A stretch of DNA of 59,648 nucleotides from an uncultured Bdellovibrionales bacterium. Its GTDB lineage: Bacteria > Patescibacteriota > Minisyncoccia > Moranbacterales > DUUL01. Numbering within the stretch: the stretch's first letter is position 1; every line of letters begins with the position of its first letter. The position numbers and the translations under genes are program-made. The stretch spans positions 1-59,648 of the forward strand of contig CAZXUS010000002.1 in NCBI GenBank assembly GCA_964643985.1. The letters run 5' to 3'. Shown here piece by piece: positions 36,459-45,125 of the stretch. Under the pieces are notes generated by a model. The model searched no databases. It was not told where the DNA came from and saw nothing but the letters and a program-made list of their open reading frames with translations.

Positions 36459-36872
36459 ATGACTGAAGAAAAAAAAGTAGAGGAAACTAAAGTTGAGGTT
36501 CCTGCTAAATTTAAAGGAATTGTTGAAGAAATTGAAAAAATGAGTGTCTTGGATCTTTCTGAATTAGTAAAGATTTTAGAAGAAAAATTTGGTGTTTCTG
36601 CTGCTGCTCCTGCCGCTATGATGGCTGCTCCTGCTGAAGCTGCTGAAGCCGTTGAAGAAAAAAGTGAATTTGATGTAGAATTGGTTTCTGCTGGAGACAA
36701 GAAGATTGCAGTTATCAAAGTAGTTAAAGAAGTGACCGGACAAGGACTTAAAGATGCTAAAGCGATTGTAGATGGAGCTCCTGCGATTATCAAAGAAAAA
36801 GTTAAGAAAGAAGAAGCTGAAGAATTGAAAAAGAAATTAGAAGAGGCGGGTGCGACAGTGGAATTGAAATAA
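36459..36872 (+). CDS. rplL: 50S ribosomal protein L7/L12
   Basis: Ala-rich hinge ([17 protein letters not shown]) and C-terminal domain [22 protein letters not shown]...[10 protein letters not shown]. Confidence 0.95.
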   Translation: MTEEKKVEETKVEVPAKFKGIVEEIEKMSVLDLSELVKILEEKFGVSAAAPAAMMAAPAEAAEAVEEKSEFDVELVSAGDKKIAVIKVVKEVTGQGLKDAKAIVDGAPAIIKEKVKKEEAEELKKKLEEAGATVELK

Positions 36873-36883
36873 TTTCTATAGCA

Positions 36884-37003
36884 GAACTTATCGTTTGGCA
36901 CACTTCTTTGTTGAATTTTCCGTCATTCGCTCGATGTACCATTAAGTATATCTCGCTCAGTACTCAAATTCGCCTCGAATTGTACTCAAACGCCTAAGTT
37001 CTA
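36884..37003 (+). repeat. Family B element, copy B4, downstream of rplL
   Basis: Ends AGAACTTATCGTTTGG / CAAACGCCTAAGTTCT are inverted. Core GGCACACTTCTTTGTTGAA...GATGTACCATTAAGTATATC...TTCGCCTCGAATTGTACTCAAA. Confidence 0.6.
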
Positions 37004-37077
37004 AGCGTTTGGTAGCTAATTTTATTTTAAATTAGATAAAGCCTGTTTGATAGAGTGAAGAAAATTTTTAATTTAAA

Positions 37078-37104
37078 CAAAAACCCGAAAGGGTTTTTGT
37101 TTTT
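37078..37104 (+). terminator. Rho-independent terminator after the rplJL operon
   Basis: AAAAACCC-GAAA-GGGTTTTT followed by GTTTTT. Confidence 0.7.
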
Positions 37105-37111
37105 GGAATAA

Positions 37112-37151
37112 TATTAAAATGTCATTACAGATGTCCTTACATTTGTAATGA
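37112..37151 (-). terminator. Hairpin downstream of the GATase gene (weak terminator candidate)
   Basis: 13-bp stem TCATTACAGATGT / ACATTTGTAATGA (one G-T pair), loop CCTT. On the minus strand it is followed by a T-rich tract. Confidence 0.4.
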
Positions 37152-37203
37152 TATGGGAAGGGATGAAAATAAAGTAATGGCTGTTTTTTAAGTTAAAATT
37201 ATT

Positions 37204-37779
37204 CTAAAAAATAAATTTTATTAAATTATTAAATATTTTTGCTCCCTCATTTTGAGGATTTATATTTTCCGGATGAAATTGTAAACCAAATTGTTTCTTT
37301 CCATAAACTTGGATGATTTCGCAACCATCAACAGAATGAGCTAAGCAAACCAAAGTTTCGGGAAGGTTGTTAACTCCAAAGCGATGTTTTTCTGAAACGA
37401 TATAATCATTTTGATTTTGAAAAATTAAATGTTTAGTTTCAACTATAATTTTTATCAAACCTTTTCTTCTCTTGGGTAATTCAACTAATTTAGTACCATA
37501 AGCATGGCATAATAGTTGGAATCCATAGCAGATACCAATCACGGGAATGGAAGTTTTATGAATAATCTTAAGCTCATCAATATTTTTTGAAACATTTATG
37601 GAGTGGCCGTCTGATAAAACAATCAATTGATAATTGCTAAAATCACAAGTTTCTATGTCCTGAAATGAGATAGTCTTAATTTTATGATTATTTAATAAAG
37701 TTAAATAATCGCCTAGCGCATCAGAACCATTGTCAATTAAAAGAACTTTCAATTTAGGTAAAATATTTCTTTCTTTCAT
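37204..37779 (-). CDS. Class I glutamine amidotransferase (stand-alone GATase1 domain)
   Basis: Nucleophile elbow GICYGFQLL and GLQFHPE His-Glu block. 191 aa, no synthase domain attached. Confidence 0.8.
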   Translation of the reverse strand: MKERNILPKLKVLLIDNGSDALGDYLTLLNNHKIKTISFQDIETCDFSNYQLIVLSDGHSINVSKNIDELKIIHKTSIPVIGICYGFQLLCHAYGTKLVELPKRRKGLIKIIVETKHLIFQNQNDYIVSEKHRFGVNNLPETLVCLAHSVDGCEIIQVYGKKQFGLQFHPENINPQNEGAKIFNNLIKFIF

Positions 37780-37848
37780 TCTGAAAATTTATTAAAAATA
37801 AATAATCATAACTTTCTGGAATCGCAGATGCAGGTGTTAGGAAAAGTC

Positions 37849-38002
37849 TTATGCCTTTTTTTCTACGGTAAATAGTACATTCTTTTTACATGTAGGACAA
37901 TATCCTAGTTCTTTTTTACCTTTGCTGGAAGCACCGAACCTTATTCCGCCTGAATCCCAAACGGATTTTGAATATCCGCACTTAGGACAGGTTAAAAACC
38001 AT
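37849..38002 (-). pseudogene. Small zinc-ribbon ORF interrupted by a 1-nt frame problem next to its start
   Basis: SD-like GAGGG plus ATG (38000-38002) reads only 6 codons. The +1 frame encodes ...LTCPKCGYSKSVWDSGGIRFGASSKGKKELGYCPTCKKNVLFTVEKKA but has no canonical start. Removing one T from the TTTTT run joins them. Confidence 0.4.
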
Positions 38003-38149
38003 TTTTTTGAACCCTCTTTAATTTTATTAAATTGTTTTTTTGAAAGAATTAGTTGTAATATTTTTCTAAATATATATTTAATTAAAAATTATTAAATTTT
38101 ATTTAACATTGGGGATAAAAGAAGTTTTGTGAACATGGTGAAAAAAATT

Positions 38150-38270
38150 TGGGAAAAACTCGAGCCGAGCAATTTTCCTTTTATCCCTTGTTAGGCGAGG
38201 GTCAACGCAACGTAGTGGAGTTGAAGCGTAGTGTTCCCAAGCGAAGCGCAGATTAATATTTGAGCATTAC
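38150..38270 (-). repeat. Family B element, variant copy B7
   Basis: The reverse complement reads AATCTGCGCTTCGC...CTCCACTACGTTGCGTTG...TTGCTCGGCTCGAG, sharing blocks with B1. Lies downstream of ORF 38289-38573, co-oriented. Confidence 0.5.
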
Positions 38271-38288
38271 TTGAACTTGACACCGCAC

Positions 38289-38573
38289 CTAGGACATTTT
38301 TTTGGTAATATTAAGGAACCTTGGAGGATTATGGATCCCCATGTTTCTGCCACAATTTGGACATTTTTTTAATGTCATCCAAAAAGGAAATGCTAGTCCA
38401 ATGATTACTCCCATGCTTGCAAATATCAATGAAGGGAGAAATGTTTCATTTGAATATAAATAGCTTAAAGTCCCCAATATAATAAGCAAGATTAATGAAA
38501 AAACAAAATAAATTCTTGCTCTCACAATCCATTTCCTTAAATCTTCTTTTTGTTCAAGTGTTAATTGTTTCAT
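38289..38573 (-). CDS. Small membrane protein with a C-terminal zinc-ribbon half-site
   Basis: 94-aa ORF, two TM stretches, CPNCG motif. A second CPRCG motif lies just past the stop in the +1 frame after an A7 run. Confidence 0.55.
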   Translation of the reverse strand: MKQLTLEQKEDLRKWIVRARIYFVFSLILLIILGTLSYLYSNETFLPSLIFASMGVIIGLAFPFWMTLKKCPNCGRNMGIHNPPRFLNITKKMS

Positions 38574-39114
38574 ATATTTGTATTATAAATGAGATAACTT
38601 ATTTATTTAATGCTCAAATATTATTTCGTATAACTGGTTTTTAAGCGAAGTTTTTTTCGGATAAAAACTTAAATTGATGTTTAAGGTTGATTTAAAAATT
38701 TAAATTACTTAGATTGTATTTATGATAACACAAAAGCTTTTTAAGATAAATTAAAAAGTTGTGAAATGAAATAATAAAACTCCCTCTGCCCCCCCTCGGG
38801 AAGGGGGAGGAGCGGAGAATAAAAATTAAACTATTGCTATACTAAAGTTTATGTTAGTAGCGAAATAACAAAAATTAGAGCTCTCCCATACTCCAGTGCA
38901 TGGGAGAGGTGAATTAAAAATTTAAAAATTAAAAATAATTCACACCCATGCTCTAGTGTATGGGTGCGATGTAAAAATTTGTAAAATGGGATAAAATTAT
39001 AGATATAGATTTAAATACTGATTTAAATCACGTCGTTCGTGAACGACTGTGATAAATATTGATTTACCTCATTAAATAAAATTAAAATTTAACTGAGTGA
39101 ACTTATTCATGAAT

Positions 39115-39143
39115 TTGACTTTTTTGGGGGTTTGGAATATAAT
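39115..39143 (+). promoter_or_regulatory. Sigma70-like promoter candidate for nusA
   Basis: TTGACT, 17-nt spacer, TATAAT. A small hairpin AATTCC...GGAATT with a T-run (39168-39196) lies in the leader. Confidence 0.5.
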
Positions 39144-39216
39144 TAAAACTAAGTTAAAGGGAAGAGTAATTCCGGTCGTTCTAGACGGGAATTTTTAATT
39201 AAATAGAACAAAAAAA

Positions 39217-40683
39217 ATGGGTGATAAAAATCGAGTAATCAAAGATGCGTCGGCTTTGGGTCAATTTCACAGTGCGATTGCTCAAATTTGTGAGGAAAAA
39301 GGATTGGATAAAAATAGCGTGATTGCTACTATCGAATCAGCATTAGGAGCCGCTTACAAAAAAGATTATGGGAAAAAGGGACAAATTATTATTTCTCATA
39401 TTGAAGCTGAATCTGGTTCAGCCAAGTTCAAACAACTAAAAGAAGTTGTGGATGAAAGTGTTCGGAATATGGAAGATTTGGAAAAAATCGAAATAGATAA
39501 GGACGAGTTTTTGAAAGACTCAAAATTTAGCAAGGAAGAAATCGAATCCAGGTCAATGCAAATATCGGATGAGGAAAATGATTATTTGCCTAAATTTAAT
39601 AATGATAAAGATATTTTATTGAAAGATGCGGAAAAAATTAATAAAAAAATTAAAATCGGAGATTTTTTGGAAAAAGATTTGCCTTCTGAGGGTGATTACG
39701 GACGAGTAGCTTCTCAAACTGCTAAGCAAGTTATTATTCAAAGACTTCGGGAAGCTGAAAGAATGGCAATGTTTGAAGAATATAAAAGTAAAGAAGGGGA
39801 AATTATCAATGGTTCTGTTCATCGAGTGGAAGGTCGAAATGTCTATATTGATTTAGGAAAATCAATCGGAGTTTTGTATCCGTCAGAACAAATCCCCGGA
39901 GAGTATTATCGAATTGGTCAAAGAATTCGAGTCTATATTAAAAAGGTAGAGGAAGATTCTCGAGGATCAGGAATAACTTTGAGTCGAACTAGCGAGGGAT
40001 TAGTCAGGAGATTATTTGAATTGGAAGTTCCTGAAATTTTCACTAAAACAATCGAAATTAAAGCTATTGCCAGAGAAGCAGGAAATAGAACTAAGATAGC
40101 GGTAATTTCTAATGATAGTGATATCGATCCGATTGGTTCTTGTGTCGGTCAAAAAGGAACGAGGGTTCAGTCTGTTATTGAGGAATTGGGAGGGGAGCGA
40201 ATTGACGTTATCGAATGGAGTGAAAAGATCGAAAAATTGATCGCGAGTTCTTTGTCTCCAGCTAAGGTGATTAAAGTTGAGTTGAAAGAGGAAGAAGGTA
40301 AAGCCTTGGCTTACGTTGAAAATGATCAACTTTCTTTAGCGATTGGTCAAAAAGGACAGAATGTTCGATTGGCAACTAAATTAACTGGTTGGAAAATTGA
40401 CGTGGTTGAAATAAAGAAAGAAGAGCCAAAAAAGGAAGCTGAAGAAGTAGTTGAGTCAGAGAAAACTGATTCAGAGGTTGAGGAAAAACCAGTTGCTAAG
40501 AAAAAAGCTAAGAAAGAAAAAGTTGAAAAGAAAAAAGAAAAAGAAGTTGAAGCTGAAATTGAAATAGTAGAAAAGGTTGTTGAGGAAAATGATTCAGAAA
40601 ATAAAGAAGAAGCAGTCGAAAAACCTAAAAAAGCCAAGAAAAAAACAGTTAAAAAGACTAAAAAAGAAGTTAAAAAGAAATAA
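39217..40683 (+). CDS. nusA: Transcription termination/antitermination factor NusA with a Lys/Glu-rich C-terminal tail
   Basis: S1 (GSVHRVEGRNVYIDLG) and two KH blocks (GSCVGQKGTRVQSVIEELGGERIDVI; LAIGQKGQNVRLATKLTGWKIDV). The last ~90 aa are KE-rich low complexity. Confidence 0.93.
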   Translation: MGDKNRVIKDASALGQFHSAIAQICEEKGLDKNSVIATIESALGAAYKKDYGKKGQIIISHIEAESGSAKFKQLKEVVDESVRNMEDLEKIEIDKDEFLKDSKFSKEEIESRSMQISDEENDYLPKFNNDKDILLKDAEKINKKIKIGDFLEKDLPSEGDYGRVASQTAKQVIIQRLREAERMAMFEEYKSKEGEIINGSVHRVEGRNVYIDLGKSIGVLYPSEQIPGEYYRIGQRIRVYIKKVEEDSRGSGITLSRTSEGLVRRLFELEVPEIFTKTIEIKAIAREAGNRTKIAVISNDSDIDPIGSCVGQKGTRVQSVIEELGGERIDVIEWSEKIEKLIASSLSPAKVIKVELKEEEGKALAYVENDQLSLAIGQKGQNVRLATKLTGWKIDVVEIKKEEPKKEAEEVVESEKTDSEVEEKPVAKKKAKKEKVEKKKEKEVEAEIEIVEKVVEENDSENKEEAVEKPKKAKKKTVKKTKKEVKKK

Positions 40684-40712
40684 CAATTTTTAAAATTAAT
40701 TTGATTAATCAA

Positions 40713-41636
40713 ATGAAAAGTATTATTGGTCATAAAAATCCAGATACTGATACAATCTGTGGTGCGATTGCTCATCAAGTTTTTTTAGCAAATTGCAAAG
40801 TTGAAGCTAAGGCTTATGCTTTGGGTGAGTTGAATAATGAAACTAAATTTGTTTTGGAAAAATTTGGAGTTGAGGCGCCAGAAATAATCAGCGAATTACC
40901 TCAAAATTCTGAAATTATTTTAGTTGATCATAACGAAGAAGGACAAAGTATCGAAAATTTGAAAGACTTGGACATTGTCGAAATTATTGATCATCATAAA
41001 GTCAACTTCAAAACTGAAAAAGCAATTAGAATTCAGATTGAGCCATTGGGAGCTTCTTGTTCAATTATTGCTAAAAACTTTATGGCTGATAAAATTGAAA
41101 TTCCTCAAGAAATTGCTCAAATTTTGATGGCCGGAATTATTTCCGATACTTTATTTTTTCGTTCTCCAACTACGACTGAGACTGATAAAAATCTAGTAGA
41201 GAAACTAAATAAAATTGCCAAAATTGAAGACTTAGAAGCTTTTAGTATGGAAATGTTTGATGCTAAGAGTGATGTCAAAAATCTTTCAACGGAAGAAATT
41301 GTTAAATTGGATTATAAGCAGTTCGATTTTTCTGGTCATCAATTTGGGATTGGGGTAATGGAAACAACTAACAAAGATTTTGGGTTGGAGCGAAAAGTGG
41401 AAATTCTGGAAATTTTAAAAAAAATTAAAATAGAGCAGAATTTAGAAGCGGTTTATTTTTCGGTGATCGATATTTTAAAAGAAGAAAATTGGACGCTTTG
41501 TTCTGGAGATAAGGGAAGAGAGTTGTTTGTAAAACTTTTTGAAGCGAGGGAATTTGAAGAAGTTTTATTTGCGAAAGGCTTAATTTCAAGAAAAAAAGAA
41601 ATTGTGCCAGTGTTTGAAAAACATTTTAGTAAATGA
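40713..41636 (+). CDS. ppaC: Manganese-dependent inorganic pyrophosphatase (family II, DHH)
   Basis: GHKNPDTDTICGAIA, VDHNE, IIDHHK and DHHA2-type C-terminus. ATG 40713 preferred over track TTG 40701. Confidence 0.9.
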   Translation: MKSIIGHKNPDTDTICGAIAHQVFLANCKVEAKAYALGELNNETKFVLEKFGVEAPEIISELPQNSEIILVDHNEEGQSIENLKDLDIVEIIDHHKVNFKTEKAIRIQIEPLGASCSIIAKNFMADKIEIPQEIAQILMAGIISDTLFFRSPTTTETDKNLVEKLNKIAKIEDLEAFSMEMFDAKSDVKNLSTEEIVKLDYKQFDFSGHQFGIGVMETTNKDFGLERKVEILEILKKIKIEQNLEAVYFSVIDILKEENWTLCSGDKGRELFVKLFEAREFEEVLFAKGLISRKKEIVPVFEKHFSK

Positions 41637-41674
41637 GGTGATTATAAATTCGTTAATCTATTAAGCTATTAGAA

Positions 41675-42994
41675 ATGTCTAAAAAAATTGAAGCGAAATT
41701 CGAGATGGAAAAAATTGCTGGATCTAAAATTAAATTAGAAATGGTTTTGTCAGCTAAAGCTTTTGAAAAAGTTATCAAGCAGGTGGCGGAACATTTATCA
41801 AAAAGTATTAAAGTGGATGGTTTTCGAAAAGGAAAAATGCCTTTCAATGTTGTTAAAAAAACGGTGGGAGAAGCTCAGTTATTGCAAGAAGGAGCAGAAG
41901 AAGCGATGAAGCAAAATTATGTGGATTATGTGGTGGAAAATAAATTGGAAGTAATCGGTCAGCCGGAAGTTCAGTTCAAGAAGTTGGCGATGGGGAATGA
42001 TTTGGAAGCGGAAATTAAAGTGGCTATTTTACCAGAAATTGAATTAGGGAAAAAATGGAAAGAAGAGACGGCCAAGATTAATAAGAAAAATAAGAAAGAC
42101 GAGATTAAAATTGAAGATTCTGAAATTCAAAGAGAGCTGGAAGTTTTGGCGAAACAGAAGGCCAAAATTAGCACAGTGGATCGAGCAGTAGAGAAAGGTG
42201 ATCAAGTTCAGGTTGATTTTGAAGCGTTCAAGGACAATGCAGTTTTGGAAGGTGGCTCTGCCAAAGACCATACTTTGATTATTGGTGAGAACAAGTTTAT
42301 TCCAGGCTTTGAAGATAATTTAATTGGAATTAAAGCGGGTGAAATTAAAGAATTTGAGCTTAGTTTTCCTAAAGAATATCAACAAAAACATTTGGCTGGT
42401 CAGAAGGTGACTTTTAAGGTCGTTATGAAAAATGTTCAAAAAAGGGAATTGCCAGAACTTAATGACAAGTTCGCTTCTGGGATTGGTAAATTTAAAAACT
42501 TAGCGGAACTTAAGACGAATATTAATGATGGTTTGAAATCGGAAAAAGAAAATCAATTGAAGCAGAAACTGCATATGGAGATTTTGAATAATTTAATTGA
42601 TAAATCTAAAATTGAAGTTCCAGATGTTTTGATTACGGCCGAAATTGAAAAAATGAAAATGGAGCTAGAGGGTCAGTTGTCTCAAATGGGATTGAATAAA
42701 GAAACATATTTGCAACAAGTAGGAATTACAGAAAGCAAATTAGAAGAACAATGGAAAGAAAAGGACGCTCCTAAGAGAGTAAAAGCTTCTTTGATTTTGC
42801 GGGATTTATCTTTGGAAAATAAACTTACTCCAGCTTCAAAAGATATTCAAGAGCGAGTGAATCAAGTTATGCAACATTTTCAGACAATGTCACAAGGGAA
42901 GAAAAATGAAGATTTAGATGTTAATAGGATTTATAATAATATTAAGAATGAGATGACTAATGAAATGACGCTGGAATATTTGTTGGGACTTTAA
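41675..42994 (+). CDS. tig: Trigger factor
   Basis: Ribosome-binding signature GFRKGKMP, central FKBP-like block (FIPGFEDNLIG) and helical C-terminal domain. Confidence 0.92.
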   Translation: MSKKIEAKFEMEKIAGSKIKLEMVLSAKAFEKVIKQVAEHLSKSIKVDGFRKGKMPFNVVKKTVGEAQLLQEGAEEAMKQNYVDYVVENKLEVIGQPEVQFKKLAMGNDLEAEIKVAILPEIELGKKWKEETAKINKKNKKDEIKIEDSEIQRELEVLAKQKAKISTVDRAVEKGDQVQVDFEAFKDNAVLEGGSAKDHTLIIGENKFIPGFEDNLIGIKAGEIKEFELSFPKEYQQKHLAGQKVTFKVVMKNVQKRELPELNDKFASGIGKFKNLAELKTNINDGLKSEKENQLKQKLHMEILNNLIDKSKIEVPDVLITAEIEKMKMELEGQLSQMGLNKETYLQQVGITESKLEEQWKEKDAPKRVKASLILRDLSLENKLTPASKDIQERVNQVMQHFQTMSQGKKNEDLDVNRIYNNIKNEMTNEMTLEYLLGL

Positions 42995-43165
42995 ACTTTT
43001 GGCGTGTTTCTTTGTTGTGCTAAGCCGTAGTCTCGGCGAAGGTTAGTTGAAACTTTTGTTGTTCATTTGATGTGCTATAGGCATACCTCTTTCGCTACTC
43101 AGTTTCGCCCTCGCCTCGCTAAAGCTATGGCGGAGCGGGTCGAATTTTCCTCAAAGTATTAAGCC
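42995..43165 (+). repeat. Family B element, copy B5 (with extra GC-rich inserts), immediately after the tig stop
   Basis: ACTTTTGGCGTGTTTCTTTGTTGTGC...TTTCGCTACTCAGTTTCGCC...CGAATTTTCCTCAAAG. Contains CCTCGCTAAAGCTATGGCGGAGCGGGTC, which is also present (inverted) at 58647-58675. Confidence 0.55.
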
Positions 43166-43241
43166 TATTTTTTAGAGATTTAATTTTAAATTTCGGTCAA
43201 GGGCGGCTTCGTCTATGGCGAAAATTTAAATAACCAAACTT

Positions 43242-43269
43242 CTGGATTCCCGCCTTCGCGGGAATGACA
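43242..43269. repeat. Family R GC-rich palindrome, copy R2
   Basis: CTGGATTCCCGCCTTCGCGGGAATGACA. Confidence 0.7.
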
Positions 43270-43344
43270 TGCTTAATTTGAGATTTGTTTGCAACTTGTA
43301 GTTTATGTCTTGTATCTTAAATTAATTCTTAAATTAATTTTATT

Positions 43345-43923
43345 ATGTTGATACCAACTGTTATTGAAAAGACTAGAGATGGGGAAAGGGCTTTTGATAT
43401 TTATTCCAGGTTGTTGAAGGAGCGAATAATTTTTTTAGGAACTGATATTGATGATAATGTGGCTAATTTAATTATTGCCCAGTTGTTGTTTTTGGCATCA
43501 GAAGATCCTAAGGGCGAAATTAAGCTCTATATCAATTCAGGCGGAGGAAGTGTCTCAGCGGCTTTGGCTATTTATGATACTATGGAATATATTAAGCCCA
43601 AGGTTTCAACGATTTGCGTTGGTTTGGCAGCTTCGGCAGCCGCTATTTTGTTGGCGGTGGGAGAGAAGGGACGACGATTTTCTTTACCCAACAGCGAGAT
43701 AATGATTCATCAGGTTATGGGTGGGGTAAGTGGTCAGGCGACTGATATCGATATTCACGCTACGCATATTTTGAAAACCAAAGAAAAGTTGAATAAAATT
43801 TTAGTTAAACATAGCGGTCAGCCTTTGGCGAAAATTAGGAAAGATATGGAACGGGATTATTTTATGAGCGCTGAAGAAGGTTTGCAGTATGGAATAATTG
43901 ATAAGATTATTAAAAAGGCTTAA
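43345..43923 (+). CDS. clpP: ATP-dependent Clp protease proteolytic subunit
   Basis: [25 protein letters not shown], active-site Ser context GLAASAAA, His context IMIHQ. Confidence 0.95.
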   Translation: MLIPTVIEKTRDGERAFDIYSRLLKERIIFLGTDIDDNVANLIIAQLLFLASEDPKGEIKLYINSGGGSVSAALAIYDTMEYIKPKVSTICVGLAASAAAILLAVGEKGRRFSLPNSEIMIHQVMGGVSGQATDIDIHATHILKTKEKLNKILVKHSGQPLAKIRKDMERDYFMSAEEGLQYGIIDKIIKKA

Positions 43924-43970
43924 CTGTGATTGGAAACAATTCTTAAATATCTTTGTAGCCGGCTTTGATA

Positions 43971-43999
43971 TTGACTTTGGTGTCCTTTTGATTTAGAAT
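43971..43999 (+). promoter_or_regulatory. Sigma70-like promoter candidate for rpsP
   Basis: TTGACT, 17-nt spacer, TAGAAT. Confidence 0.5.
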
Positions 44000-44059
44000 G
44001 TTGTAAGTGATTGTAAAAAGTCACTTTATGTTTGTTTAAAAGATTAATTAAATACATTT

Positions 44060-44569
44060 ATGTTAGTAATTCGATATAGACGAATAGGAAAGAGAAATTT
44101 TGCTCAATATAAGATTGTTGTAGCGGAGAAGGCTTTTTCAGTTAAGGGACGATTTTTGGAAGCTTTGGGAAGTTATAATCCTCACAACAAGGAAGCAGTT
44201 TTGAAAGAAGACCGAATCAATTATTGGATGAGTGTTGGAGCTCAATGCTCTGATTCAGTTCATAATTTATTGGTTTCTAAAGGCGTTGTAAAGGGAAGTA
44301 AAAGGAAGGTTGACGTGAAAGGTGATTCTAAAGAAGAAACTTCCGAAGAAAAAGCTGCTAACAAAAAAGAAGATAAACCAGAGATTAAGACTGTTCCAGC
44401 TGAAAAAAAGGAAGAAGTGAAAGTGGAAGAAAAAACCGAAGAAAAGGCTGAAGTGAAAGAAGAAGTAAAGGTAGCAGAAAAAGTTGAAGAAAAAACTGAA
44501 GTGAAAAAAGAAACTAAAAAAGAGGAAAAAGCGGAAGTAAAAAAACCAGAAGTAAAACCAGAGAAATAA
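44060..44569 (+). CDS. rpsP: 30S ribosomal protein S16 with a Lys/Glu-rich C-terminal extension
   Basis: MLVIRYRRIGKRNFAQYKIVV... S16 core (~85 aa) followed by ~85 aa of KE/V repeats. Confidence 0.9.
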   Translation: MLVIRYRRIGKRNFAQYKIVVAEKAFSVKGRFLEALGSYNPHNKEAVLKEDRINYWMSVGAQCSDSVHNLLVSKGVVKGSKRKVDVKGDSKEETSEEKAANKKEDKPEIKTVPAEKKEEVKVEEKTEEKAEVKEEVKVAEKVEEKTEVKKETKKEEKAEVKKPEVKPEK

Positions 44570-44598
44570 TAGATTTACTTTTTATATTAAAAATTAAG

Positions 44599-44627
44599 AA
44601 CCCTCTTGCTGGAGGGTTTTTGTTTTT
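44599..44627 (+). terminator. Rho-independent terminator after rpsP
   Basis: AACCCTC-TTGCTG-GAGGGTT followed by TTTGTTTTT. Confidence 0.7.
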
Positions 44628-44694
44628 ATTCAAATTGTTTGACGGTTTGTCATCAAACTGATATTCTTTATCCATAATAAATAAACTGAAACTA

Positions 44695-44970
44695 ATGAAA
44701 AAAATAGTTCCTTTGGGGAAAAATGTTTTAATTAAAATAGCTGAAATAGAAAAAGTGACAAAAGGCGGAATTATTCTTCCGGGAAAAGATGAAAATGAAA
44801 AACCGCAAAAAGGTAAAGTCGTTTCAGTCGGGGATCACAAAGAAATAGATTCTAAAATAAAAATAGGCGCTCAAGTTATTTTTGATAAATACGAAGGAAC
44901 TGAAATCGAAATTGATAAGGAAAAATTTGTGATAATTAAAAGTAAGAAAATTTTAGCAGTTGCTGAATAA
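44695..44970 (+). CDS. groS: Co-chaperonin GroES
   Basis: LGKNVLIKIAEIEKVTKGGIILP mobile-loop region, 91 aa. Confidence 0.9.
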   Translation: MKKIVPLGKNVLIKIAEIEKVTKGGIILPGKDENEKPQKGKVVSVGDHKEIDSKIKIGAQVIFDKYEGTEIEIDKEKFVIIKSKKILAVAE

Positions 44971-44978
44971 CTTATTTT

Positions 44979-45053
44979 ATACCATTTTCAATCAACCAAT
45001 GCCCATTAAGTTGCAGAAAACTTGGGTGAGTAGTGGCTGATTGAAAATGGTAT
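44979..45053 (-). mobile_element. Family M element, minimal 75-nt copy (M4), arms only
   Basis: ATACCATTTTCAATCAACCA...TGGCTGATTGAAAATGGTAT. The reverse complement joins the 5-prime arm (CTACTCACCCAAGTTTT) directly to the 3-prime arm (CTGCAACTTAATGGGCAT) with no internal cargo. Confidence 0.7.
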
Positions 45054-45063
45054 TATGATAAGT

Positions 45064-45090
45064 AAAAACCCCGTTATAGCGGGGTTTTTG
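45064..45090. terminator. Bidirectional terminator between groES and the convergent 45126-46601 gene
   Basis: AAAAACCCCG-TTATA-GCGGGGTTTTT. Confidence 0.7.
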
Positions 45091-45125
45091 CTTTGGTTGG
45101 AAACAGTCCTTTGGTAATGGTTTTT

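Noticed and set aside
36398-36901. Long antisense ORFs opposite real genes (36398-36901 opposite rplL, 25644-26036 opposite rpsF, 40347-40778 opposite nusA, 22330-22704 opposite hydA, 52195-52596 opposite the DHH gene, 13431-13823 opposite the oxidoreductase)
   Set aside because: They are shadow frames of conserved or low-complexity (KE- or Ala-rich) coding sequence. Their products are Ser/Phe/Leu-rich nonsense with no motifs.
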